Assembly (NCBI GenBank): GCA_018667855.1
Contig: JABIRL010000080.1
Coordinates: 10,341 to 74,340, forward strand
Length of the DNA: 64,000 nt
DNA from: Rhodospirillaceae bacterium
GTDB lineage: Bacteria; Pseudomonadota; Alphaproteobacteria; GCA-2731375
Direction: 5' to 3'
Part shown: positions 20,463 to 29,214 of the stretch, one piece after another
How the letters are laid out: each line of letters opens with the position of its first letter
Position numbering within the stretch: the first letter of the stretch is position 1
The notes under the pieces: model-generated
The model's database searches: none
What the model saw: the letters and a program-made list of their open reading frames with translations, nothing else
What the model was told of the DNA's origin: nothing
Made by a program: the position numbers and the translations under genes

Positions 20463-20789
20463 TTATTTGACGGATGAAAAGCTGGTCGGGGCCAGGAACT
20501 GGCTGCTGAGGGAGGCGACGATCTGGCCGTTGGCTTCCGTCTCGGCACGTTTTTCCAGCCATTCGGGGTCGGTGGCAAAGGCGCCGAATTTCTGTTCCCG
20601 CTCGGCCATGGATTCCCAGGCCAGCAGATAGGTCAGGTCCTGATTGGACTCACCAACCAGCGTGGTCCAAAAGCCGGCCTGCCGGATGCCGTGTTTGTCC
20701 CACAGGGGCAGGGTGATGGTTTCAAAACGCTTCAACAGGTCCGGCAGGCGGCCCGCCACGCAGTGATAAATGCGTAATTCGTAGATCAT
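20463..20789 (-). CDS. NIPSNAP family protein
   Basis: 108 aa; MIYELRIYHCVAG N-terminus typical of NIPSNAP. Confidence 0.7.
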   Translation of the reverse strand: MIYELRIYHCVAGRLPDLLKRFETITLPLWDKHGIRQAGFWTTLVGESNQDLTYLLAWESMAEREQKFGAFATDPEWLEKRAETEANGQIVASLSSQFLAPTSFSSVK

Positions 20790-20880
20790 GTCGTAATTCC
20801 TCCCATAAATGATTCCACTACCTTTCTATCCGGTTGCTGTCAAAATGCAAACAACAGCAAGAAATTTGGAGTGAGGAAAC

Positions 20881-22329
20881 ATGAGCGAGGAACTTGGCGG
20901 CCCGGGCTGTCTGAACGGCGTTAAAATTCTGGATCTGACCCAGTTCGAGGCGGGCCCCTCCTGTACCGAGGCCCTGGCCTGGCTGGGCGCGGAAGTGGTG
21001 AAGGTGGAAAACCCCAAAGGCGGCGATCCCGGGCGCGGTTCCTTCGCCGAGCCGCCGGGCAAGGATTCCTGGTATTTCCTGTTGTTCAATGCCTCGAAGA
21101 AATCCGTCACGGTGAATTTGAAAGATCCGCGCGGTGTCGAACTGGTCAAGGACATGGCCCGGAACGCCGACGTCATGGTCGAGAATTTCGCGCCCGGCGC
21201 TATAGAACGCCTGGGCCTGGGCTACGATGTCATGCGGGAGGTCAATCCCGCCTTGATCCATGCCCAGGTCAAGGGTTTCGGCGAGGGCAGCCCGTTCGAG
21301 AACAATCTGGCCTTTGATATGATCGCCCAGGCCTGTGGCGGCGTTATGAGCATCACGGGTGAGCCCGACCAGCCGCCGGTGAAGCCGGGCGCGACCTTGG
21401 GCGATACCGGCACGGGGATGTTGCTGACCATCTCCATCCTGGGTGCATTGTATCGGCGCAAGGACAACGGCAAGGGAGAGCGCCTGCAACTGGCCATGCA
21501 GGACGCCATGCTGCACTACATTCGCGTCGCCTTTGCATCGCAAGCCGGTTTCAACAAAGCCGCGCCCCGGGCCGGCGCAAAACTGCTATCGGGCGCCAAT
21601 CCCCCGTGCGGCATATTTCCCTGCAAACCGGGCGGGCCCAACGACTATGTCTATATCTATACCTCGCGGGCAAATCCGCTCCACTGGCAACGGTTGCTGG
21701 AGTTGATCGGACGGAAAGATCTGATCGACGATCCAAACTATGCCACGGGGGCCATCCGGGCCGAGCGGGAAGACGAGATCGATGAGATGGTTTCCCAATG
21801 GACCCGCCAGCATGACAAGCACGAAGCCATGCGCCTGGTCGGCGCCGCAGGCATTCCGGCCGGCGCGGTATTGGATACGGACGAGCTGCAAAACGATCCG
21901 GACTTCGAACGCCGGGGCATCATGCAGACCATGGGCCATCCCACCAATGGTGATTTCAAGATGCCCGCCTGGCCCGTCCGCCATGACGGCGCCGCGCCAC
22001 CCCTGGCAGCCGCGCCATTGCTTGGCAAGGCAAAATCTGTTACCCATGTCAGTGGGCTAAACTGTTACCTATGTCTCCGTTCGCTCAGGGGAGCGGGCTG
22101 GCTTGGCGTTTCCGTTTCAAACGGAAAGGCCCTAAAACTCAGCTTTGCAGGCACCATTCCAGGATGCGGGTATTCTCGTCGCTGGGATAGGTGTGGGATA
22201 GATCTTCGATTTCACGGTAGTGCAAGTCCGCGCCCGCCGCCGTCAGGGCCTGCTGGGCATCTCTGGCGATCTGGATCGGGAACATCCAGTCCAGGGCGCC
22301 GTGGGTCAGATAGACCGGCAGCCCTTTGA
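20881..22329 (+). CDS. family III CoA-transferase (CaiB/BaiF/Frc family); C-terminus anomalous
   Basis: N-terminal LxGVKILDLTxxxAGP and conserved Asp region; homology ends near APLLG (~nt 22030). The reading frame then runs through a family-B repeat element and 190 nt antisense into the esterase gene, so the true end is uncertain. Confidence 0.7.
   Translation: MSEELGGPGCLNGVKILDLTQFEAGPSCTEALAWLGAEVVKVENPKGGDPGRGSFAEPPGKDSWYFLLFNASKKSVTVNLKDPRGVELVKDMARNADVMVENFAPGAIERLGLGYDVMREVNPALIHAQVKGFGEGSPFENNLAFDMIAQACGGVMSITGEPDQPPVKPGATLGDTGTGMLLTISILGALYRRKDNGKGERLQLAMQDAMLHYIRVAFASQAGFNKAAPRAGAKLLSGANPPCGIFPCKPGGPNDYVYIYTSRANPLHWQRLLELIGRKDLIDDPNYATGAIRAEREDEIDEMVSQWTRQHDKHEAMRLVGAAGIPAGAVLDTDELQNDPDFERRGIMQTMGHPTNGDFKMPAWPVRHDGAAPPLAAAPLLGKAKSVTHVSGLNCYLCLRSLRGAGWLGVSVSNGKALKLSFAGTIPGCGYSRRWDRCGIDLRFHGSASPRPPPSGPAGHLWRSGSGTSSPGRRGSDRPAAL
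22045..22135 (-). repeat. degenerate family B repeat element (copy 2, inverted)
   Basis: CGCTCAGGGGAGCGGGCTGGCTTGGCG matches the reverse complement of the B1 core with 3 mismatches; flanking hairpin TTCCGTTTCAAACGGAA; low-GC patch. Confidence 0.45.
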
Positions 22330-23248
22330 TGCGGGTCGGGTCCATCATTTCCAATAACAGGGGGTGAAACGAGGCCGAGATCGGGGCCAGATGGGTAAAC
22401 GGAGATCCTTCGCCCAGTCCCGAGACATAGGTGAAGGTGCCGCCGTCGCTCATACCGGTCAGCAACAGACGGTCGGGGTCGATGTTCCACTGATCCCCGG
22501 CGAACTTCACAAGCCCCTCGATATGAGCGCTGTCGGCCTCGGGCTCCATCAATGACCAGGTGCCGCCTCGCGATGTGGGCGTGATCAGGATTGCGCCCCG
22601 CCCGCGCGCCTCCCGCAGCCAGGTCCACAAAAAATCCCGGCCGTGGCCGCTGCCCCCGTGCAGTCCGATGATCAGGGGATAGGCGACGTCCGGGTCATAA
22701 TATTCCGGCACATACATGGAAAAGCCGCCCCGGCTGTCCTTGTCGTTATTGGCATGCATGATGCCGACGTTGTCCCGGCCGCCATCGGCGTTGGCCAGTT
22801 TGTCCGCCAACGCCTCGTCCTCCCGCCCCGCATCATCAAGGAAAAAGCGGTTGATGGGCGGCAGCATGGTGGCCGCCGGATACAATGCGGCATAGGCCTT
22901 GGTGTTCTGGCGGATTGCCCGATAGGCCTGAAAAGTGCCATCGGGGGCGGCGGCCGCTTCCCGTAAGCCGTCGAAGCCAAAGCACACGGAGGTTGCCGCC
23001 GCTTCCATATTCTTGGCGAAATCCGACAAATGCTCCGGCCAGGTCAGGGCGCGAAAGGCTGCAAGCCCCTGGCGCAAGGGATCATCAATACCCGCTACAC
23101 TGGCCGCCAGCTCCGCCAGGTGGGGCGGATGCAGCCTGCGCGCCACATAGCTGAGGGCTTCCATACCGTTCAGCAGGGGCGACAGCAGATTGGTAATGCC
23201 ATCGATCAGGGCATCGTTGTCGGGGTTGGTGTTCGGTGTATCGGACAT
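22139..23248 (-). CDS. alpha/beta hydrolase, phospholipase/carboxylesterase family with ~160-aa N-terminal extension
   Basis: C-terminal half has LIIGLHGGSGHG, GMSDGG nucleophile elbow and catalytic His; N-terminal domain of unknown function. Confidence 0.7.
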   Translation of the reverse strand: MSDTPNTNPDNDALIDGITNLLSPLLNGMEALSYVARRLHPPHLAELAASVAGIDDPLRQGLAAFRALTWPEHLSDFAKNMEAAATSVCFGFDGLREAAAAPDGTFQAYRAIRQNTKAYAALYPAATMLPPINRFFLDDAGREDEALADKLANADGGRDNVGIMHANNDKDSRGGFSMYVPEYYDPDVAYPLIIGLHGGSGHGRDFLWTWLREARGRGAILITPTSRGGTWSLMEPEADSAHIEGLVKFAGDQWNIDPDRLLLTGMSDGGTFTYVSGLGEGSPFTHLAPISASFHPLLLEMMDPTRIKGLPVYLTHGALDWMFPIQIARDAQQALTAAGADLHYREIEDLSHTYPSDENTRILEWCLQS

Positions 23249-23316
23249 GGCGGCTCTATCTTGAATGTTTCTTCGGGTATCATATCACCTTGACCAAACA
23301 GGCTCACTGACGAAAA

Positions 23317-24384
23317 TTGGTAGCCAATTCTAATGGGAGGAAAACGAGCATGGCGACGAAAGCGACAAATTACGATTGGCTGGCATTGGGAGCTGAGGAA
23401 ACCCTGGATCCCGATCTGCCGATTTGCGATCCCCACCACCATCTTTGGGAATTCAACCACACCCGCGTGGCGCACCGCTATCTGCTGGATGAGATCCTGG
23501 AGGATCTGAATTGCGGCCATAACGTGGTGTCCACTGTGTTTATCGAATGCGGCGCCATGATCGACGTCAATGACCCCTCGCCCATGCGCATGGTCAACGA
23601 AACCACGTTCGTCAATGGCATCGCCGCCATGAGCGCATCTGGCCTGTATGGCAAGGCGCGGGTCGCAGCCGGCATCGTCGGTCACGCCGATCTGTGTCTG
23701 GGCGACGACGTGGCCGCCGTTTTGGAGGCCCACGTGGTGGCGGGCGGTGGCCGTTTTCGCGGCATTCGTCATTCCTGCACCTGGGATGCATCGCCCGACG
23801 TGCCCGATGCCCGCTGCGAACCGCCGAAGAATTTATACAGTCAGGCAAATTTCCGTGCCGGCTTCGCCCATCTGGCCCGCCTAAACATGAGCTTCGAAGG
23901 CTGGTGCTATCACACCCAGATCAGCGAGTTGACGGAACTGGCCCAGGCCTTTCCCGATACCACCATTATCCTTGATCATTTCGGCGGCCCCGTGGGCATC
24001 GGGCCATATGCCGGCAAGCTGCAGGAAAATTTCTCCCAGTGGCAGGCCGATATCACCGATCTGGCGAGCTGTCAGAACGTTGTCGCAAAACTGGGCGGCA
24101 TCAATATGGAGCTGAACGGGTTCGGCTGGCACGATAAGGATCGTCCGCCTTCCTCCGAGGAGCTGATGGAGGCGACTCGGCCCTATTACGAACACACCAT
24201 CGAACAGTTCGGCGCCGATCGGTGCATGTTCGAGTCCAATTTTCCCGTCGATATGTGTACCTGCAGCTACAATGTGCTGTGGAACAGCTTCAAGCGTCTG
24301 ACGGCAAACTATACCGCCGACGAAAAGGCCAAGTTGTTTCACGACACCGCCACCCGGATCTATCGACTTGATGCCGCTTCGTAA
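23317..24384 (+). CDS. amidohydrolase_2 family metal-dependent hydrolase
   Basis: 355 aa; CDPHHHLWEF metal-binding motif near N-terminus. Confidence 0.75.
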   Translation: MVANSNGRKTSMATKATNYDWLALGAEETLDPDLPICDPHHHLWEFNHTRVAHRYLLDEILEDLNCGHNVVSTVFIECGAMIDVNDPSPMRMVNETTFVNGIAAMSASGLYGKARVAAGIVGHADLCLGDDVAAVLEAHVVAGGGRFRGIRHSCTWDASPDVPDARCEPPKNLYSQANFRAGFAHLARLNMSFEGWCYHTQISELTELAQAFPDTTIILDHFGGPVGIGPYAGKLQENFSQWQADITDLASCQNVVAKLGGINMELNGFGWHDKDRPPSSEELMEATRPYYEHTIEQFGADRCMFESNFPVDMCTCSYNVLWNSFKRLTANYTADEKAKLFHDTATRIYRLDAAS

Positions 24385-24393
24385 GGCTTCACT

Positions 24394-25167
24394 TTGAGCG
24401 GGTTCGACTGGGCCGGTCTGCTACCGGGCGATCTATCACTCTGGCTGGCCCTGGTGCTGGTGGCGTTGAGCGCGGTGACGTCGTTCATCTCGGCCGCGTT
24501 TGGACTGGGCGGCGGCATGGTGCTGTTGGCGGTGATCGCCACCATCCTGCCCGCCGCCGCCCTGGTGCCGGTGCATGGCGTGGTGCAGGTCGGCTCCAAC
24601 ATCTCGCGGGCGGCGGTCATGGCCCGACACATCCATCTACCGGTGCTGCTGCCCATGACCCTGGGCGGTTCGGCCGGCGCGATAATCGGCGGCCTGATCG
24701 CCGTGCGTCTGCCGGACTGGCTGTTATTCGCGGCGGTCGGCACCTTTGTCCTGTGGTCGGCGTGGAGCAAGGGATCGGTCGGCCTGGGCCGGGCGACTTT
24801 GGTTCTGGGCGGCGCCGTTTCGGGCTTCCTGACCATGTTCATCGGTGGCACCGGGCCGTTTGTCGCCGCCGTCATCAAGACCTTGAACCTGGACCGTATG
24901 AGCCACGTGGGCACGCAAGCTGCCTGCATGGTCTTCCAGCATGGCTTGAAAATTGCTGTTTTCGGTGTTCTAGGTTTCAACTACCTGCCCTATTTGCCTT
25001 TGGTCGCGGCGATGATCGTCACGGGGTTTCTGGGCACCTTGGTCGGACGCAGAGTACTGCACGGCATGGGCGACAACCGTTTCCGCATCGCCCTGACCAT
25101 TTTGCTGACCTTCCTCGGCCTGCGGCTGTTCTGGATGGCGGGAACAATACTGCTGGGGGGAGGTTGA
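24394..25167 (+). CDS. sulfite exporter TauE/SafE family membrane protein
   Basis: 257 aa; highly hydrophobic; two internal Gly-rich repeats typical of TauE/SafE. Confidence 0.7.
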   Translation: MSGFDWAGLLPGDLSLWLALVLVALSAVTSFISAAFGLGGGMVLLAVIATILPAAALVPVHGVVQVGSNISRAAVMARHIHLPVLLPMTLGGSAGAIIGGLIAVRLPDWLLFAAVGTFVLWSAWSKGSVGLGRATLVLGGAVSGFLTMFIGGTGPFVAAVIKTLNLDRMSHVGTQAACMVFQHGLKIAVFGVLGFNYLPYLPLVAAMIVTGFLGTLVGRRVLHGMGDNRFRIALTILLTFLGLRLFWMAGTILLGGG

Positions 25168-25223
25168 TTACCGCAACCACCGCGCCCATGATGGCGAAAA
25201 ATCACCACGGGAGAGTTTGAGCC

Positions 25224-26093
25224 ATGAAATTCGGATTACGCTATTGCAATACAGGTCGCTACATCGACCCCGCCAAGGCGGTGGAATTGGTGCAAGCGGG
25301 GGAGGAGGCCGGATTTGAGTCCGCCTGGACGGTTGAGCATACCGTTGTGCCGGAGGGCTACCAATCCGCCTATCCCTATTCAGATGACGGCAAAATGGCC
25401 GGCGGCCACGACGACGTACCCCTGCCGGATCCGCTGATCTGGATGGCTTATGTGGCGGCGGCGACGTCCCGCATTAACCTGGCCACGGGCATCCTGATCC
25501 TACCCCAGCATAATCCGGTGATCACCGCGAAACAGATCGCCACCCTGGATTTCATGTCGGGCGGACGGGTGTTGTTGGGCATCGGCGTCGGCTGGATGCG
25601 CGAGGAGTTCGAAGCTCTTGGCGTGCCCTTCGACGACCGGGGTGCCAGAACGGACGACTATGTCGGCGCCATGCGGGCGCTTTGGAGCCAGGAGAAAGCC
25701 ACCTACGACGGTGAATTCGCCAAGTTCAAAAATATTTACTGCCGTCCGCAGCCGGTCAACGGCTCTGTCCCCATAATTATCGGCGGCCATACGAAAGTGG
25801 CGGCACGTCGGGCGGGGCGTTTGGGCGATGGCTGGTTCCCGGCCAGGGGCGCGGCCCCCGAACTGGTCGCCCTGGCGCGAAAAACCGCCGAGGAGAATGG
25901 CCGCGATCCCGACGCCCTGGAAATCACTACGTCCTTGCCCGATGACATGGACCAGATCCCGGCGCTGGCCGCCGCCGGCGTCAACCGCATTCTGGTCCCG
26001 GTCACGCCCATGGCCGGCCTGGCGACCAGAATTTCCAATCCCGATGACGTCAAGAACTGGCGCGATATTCTGGACAAATACGCCGACCTCTAA
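25224..26093 (+). CDS. LLM-class F420/flavin-dependent oxidoreductase
   Basis: 289 aa; luciferase-like TIM-barrel pattern (AGFESAWTVEH..., LGIGVGW). Confidence 0.8.
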   Translation: MKFGLRYCNTGRYIDPAKAVELVQAGEEAGFESAWTVEHTVVPEGYQSAYPYSDDGKMAGGHDDVPLPDPLIWMAYVAAATSRINLATGILILPQHNPVITAKQIATLDFMSGGRVLLGIGVGWMREEFEALGVPFDDRGARTDDYVGAMRALWSQEKATYDGEFAKFKNIYCRPQPVNGSVPIIIGGHTKVAARRAGRLGDGWFPARGAAPELVALARKTAEENGRDPDALEITTSLPDDMDQIPALAAAGVNRILVPVTPMAGLATRISNPDDVKNWRDILDKYADL

Positions 26094-27472
26094 ATATTCG
26101 GCCGCTCCTTGTGCCATGGCGTGGCTTGCTCATAGACCTTGGCCAGGGCCAGGACCTTGCCCTCGGCAAACGGTTGTCCGACGATCTGCAAACCCATGGG
26201 CAGGCCATTTTCGGAGAACCCGCTGGGCACTGATATGGCGGGCCACCCCAGGGCGTTAAAGGGCAGGGTATTGTGGGCCCGGGTGCGCAGCAGGGCCGGG
26301 TCATCCTCGACGATTGGGCAAGCCGGCAGCGCCGTAGTCGGCAGCACCATGGCGTCATAGCCCTTGAAGGCCGCTATGATGGCGGCTTTTACCTGCTGGC
26401 GAATTTGCTGCGCCTTAACATATGCGACGCCGTCGTGGCTCTGCCCCGCCTCGATCACCCGGCGCAATGTCGGACCGAAATCATCCGGCCTGTCGCGGAA
26501 CCGCTGCGCATGGAAAGCGGCGGCTTCAACCGCGATTATCAGATTCGCGGCATGGCTGAACAGTTCCAGGTCGGGCAGCTTGATCTCCTCGACCGATGCC
26601 CCGTGATACTGAAACAGCTCGATCGCCCGTTCCGTGGCGGCGGCCCATTCGCTATCGGTGTTGGCGAAAAAATCTTCCCGCGGGATGGCCAGCCTGGTAC
26701 CGAGAACCGACGGTCGGGCGGCGGAATACTCAGGCACGGGCAGATCCGCGCTGTCCGGGTCGGCGGGGTCATGACCGGCCAGGACCTGCAAGATCACCGC
26801 CGCATCAGCCACGCCCCGGGTCATGGGACCCAGATGATCCAGAGAGTTCGACAGCACCATGGCGCCATGTTTCGAGACCCGGCCGAACGTCGGCTTCAGG
26901 CCGACAATTCCACACAAGGCGGCGGGCTGACGGATCGACATGGCGGTATCGCTGCCGATCGCGGCGTACGCCAGACCGGCGGCCACGGCCGCCGCCGAGC
27001 CGCCCGAAGAACCACCGGTGATATAGTCGGTATTCCAGGGGTTGCACGGACCGCCGAAAGCCGAGGATTGGGACGAGGAATTAGCTGCCCCCTCGGACAA
27101 ATTCGTTTTTCCCAACAACACCGCGCCCGCATCGGCAAGGCGGGTCGCGACCGTCGCATCGAAATCCGGAATATCGTCGGCATAGGCGCGGGAGGCAAAG
27201 GTGGTAGGGATACCTTGGGTCGCCAACAGATCCTTGAGCGCAATCGGTATGCCATGCAACGGGCCGCGATCCTCGCCGGCATGCAACTCCTTCTCGGCCA
27301 CATCCGCCTGAGCCAGGGCAAGTTCAGCAGTTACCGTGATATAGGCGTTCAATTTTCCGTCCAGGGCGCCGATCCGGTCCAACATGGCCTGGGTCAATTC
27401 CACCGCGCCGATATCACCCCGGCGCAGGCGCGCGCCGACTTCATCAATGGACAACCAATGCAGATCGGTCAT
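26090..27472 (-). CDS. amidase (amidase-signature family, GatA-like)
   Basis: 460 aa; GGSSGGSAAAVAAG signature and Ser-cisSer-Lys region. Confidence 0.85.
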   Translation of the reverse strand: MTDLHWLSIDEVGARLRRGDIGAVELTQAMLDRIGALDGKLNAYITVTAELALAQADVAEKELHAGEDRGPLHGIPIALKDLLATQGIPTTFASRAYADDIPDFDATVATRLADAGAVLLGKTNLSEGAANSSSQSSAFGGPCNPWNTDYITGGSSGGSAAAVAAGLAYAAIGSDTAMSIRQPAALCGIVGLKPTFGRVSKHGAMVLSNSLDHLGPMTRGVADAAVILQVLAGHDPADPDSADLPVPEYSAARPSVLGTRLAIPREDFFANTDSEWAAATERAIELFQYHGASVEEIKLPDLELFSHAANLIIAVEAAAFHAQRFRDRPDDFGPTLRRVIEAGQSHDGVAYVKAQQIRQQVKAAIIAAFKGYDAMVLPTTALPACPIVEDDPALLRTRAHNTLPFNALGWPAISVPSGFSENGLPMGLQIVGQPFAEGKVLALAKVYEQATPWHKERPNI

Positions 27473-28341
27473 TCGGGGCGCCGGGCCAATACGAAATGCA
27501 GATAGGCCGGTACCCTGGGATTATCGGTAACATAATATGGCGATAGCCCCCTCTCTATCTCCGCCCGGATGGCGGCGACGGTTTCGGGTGGTGGCTTATG
27601 CACGCCGATCATCCTGGCGGCCGGTCCCCGGCTCAAGGCGCCAGTAGCTGCATCGGCGACAGTCGACGGGGGAACCAGTTCGGACGCCTCGGTGTTGATT
27701 TGAATTTCCGCGAACCCGGCAGCCGACAAGATTCGGTCAACATAATCCGTGTCTGAAAAAGCCAGCGGGCCGGGGGCATGCGGCGGCGCGGCTTTCGGTG
27801 GGCCCAGGAACTTGACCGCGGCATCGCGGGGGATCTTGAACCAAGGGTTTTTCGCCAACGGCCCCCAGCAGACAAAACACAGCCGTCCGCCGGGCCGCAA
27901 TGCGCCCAACAGGTTGGCAAATGCGGCTGTCGGGTCATCGAAAAACATCACGCCGAACCGTGACTGCAGCAGATCGAAGGTACCTTGGGCAAAGGCGTGG
28001 CTTTGCGCATCGGCAATTTCCAACACCAGGTTCGCCGCCTCGCCCCCAGCCTCGGCCCGGGTTCGGGCCAGCCCTAGCATGGCGTGGGACAGATCGATAC
28101 CGAGCACGCCGCCGTCCGGACCGACGGCCCTGGCGGCGAATAGCGCCGTGGCGCCTGTACCGCAGCCGATATCCATGACCATTTCGCCGGGCTGAATGGC
28201 GGCGTGTTGAAACAGACGTTCGGCAAGGGTGCTTAACAGCCGGTCGGATACCTTCTGGTTTTCCGTCCATTTATCGCCGGCTGTTGCATTCCAATATTCG
28301 AACTGCGCTGTGTTCGCGATTGTGTCGGGCTGCTCCGCCAT
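27469..28341 (-). CDS. class I SAM-dependent methyltransferase
   Basis: VMDIGCGTG motif I; 4-nt overlap with the amidase start. Confidence 0.8.
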   Translation of the reverse strand: MAEQPDTIANTAQFEYWNATAGDKWTENQKVSDRLLSTLAERLFQHAAIQPGEMVMDIGCGTGATALFAARAVGPDGGVLGIDLSHAMLGLARTRAEAGGEAANLVLEIADAQSHAFAQGTFDLLQSRFGVMFFDDPTAAFANLLGALRPGGRLCFVCWGPLAKNPWFKIPRDAAVKFLGPPKAAPPHAPGPLAFSDTDYVDRILSAAGFAEIQINTEASELVPPSTVADAATGALSRGPAARMIGVHKPPPETVAAIRAEIERGLSPYYVTDNPRVPAYLHFVLARRPE

Positions 28342-28346
28342 GGGGA

Positions 28347-29087
28347 TTAATCACTCCATCCGCCGCTTAGGGAAAAAAACTGTCCGGTCTGAAACTGGTT
28401 ACCGCCATCCAGCAGGGAGGCGGCGAAATGGGCGATTTCCGCCGGCTGGCCGAAACGGTGCATGGGTGTCTGGGCCTCCACCCGTTTGCGGATCTCCGGA
28501 TCGTCCGATCCCGTCGCCTTGATGAAACCGGGATAGTCGAGATACGCCGTACCCAGGGCGTTGATGGACACGCCTTTGCTGGCGACTTCCATCGCGGCGG
28601 CCTTGACCATCATGTTGGCGCCGGCGCGGGTCGCTGAATACAATGCCGTATTGGGCATCGGTCGCTTTCCGGTGGCGGATGTCACGATGACAATTTGGCC
28701 CTTGCCGGCCGGAACCATGACACCCATCAGCGCCTGCAAGGCATGAAAGACAGCTTCCTGATTGGCCCGTTGCAGGGTTTGCAGCTGCTCCAGGCTGGCA
28801 TCCATCAGGCGGCCGCCGATGATCACGCCGGTACGCACACAGGCCGCATCCAAATGGCCGAAACGATCCAGCCCCGCGGCGATCAACCGGGCAATGGCGC
28901 TGCCGTCGCCCAAGTCTTCCATGCCGTCGAGCGCGACCACATTGGCGCCCAGCGCCTCAACCTCTTCAACCAAACCCGGCAAGGGATTGCCCAGCACCAG
29001 ATCATGGTCCCGCTTGGCCAGAATGCGGGCCAAATCAGGGCCAAGGTGTAAACTTGTATCGGTAATCAGCGCGACGCGGCGGCTCAC
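28347..29087 (-). CDS. NAD(P)-binding SDR-like protein (atypical)
   Basis: 246 aa; Rossmann-like N-terminus and SDR-like YSATR...K region; 5-nt gap to the methyltransferase gene. Confidence 0.5.
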   Translation of the reverse strand: MSRRVALITDTSLHLGPDLARILAKRDHDLVLGNPLPGLVEEVEALGANVVALDGMEDLGDGSAIARLIAAGLDRFGHLDAACVRTGVIIGGRLMDASLEQLQTLQRANQEAVFHALQALMGVMVPAGKGQIVIVTSATGKRPMPNTALYSATRAGANMMVKAAAMEVASKGVSINALGTAYLDYPGFIKATGSDDPEIRKRVEAQTPMHRFGQPAEIAHFAASLLDGGNQFQTGQFFSLSGGWSD

Positions 29088-29214
29088 GGCAAGCTCCCCA
29101 GAATTTCTATTTCGTAAAGCTTAGCAGTCTCTCGGCTTGCGGACCCAGCGGAAAAGCCAACATGTTTGCGTATATGATAGCATTGCGCGGATATACGCCG
29201 CGCCATTCGCATAG

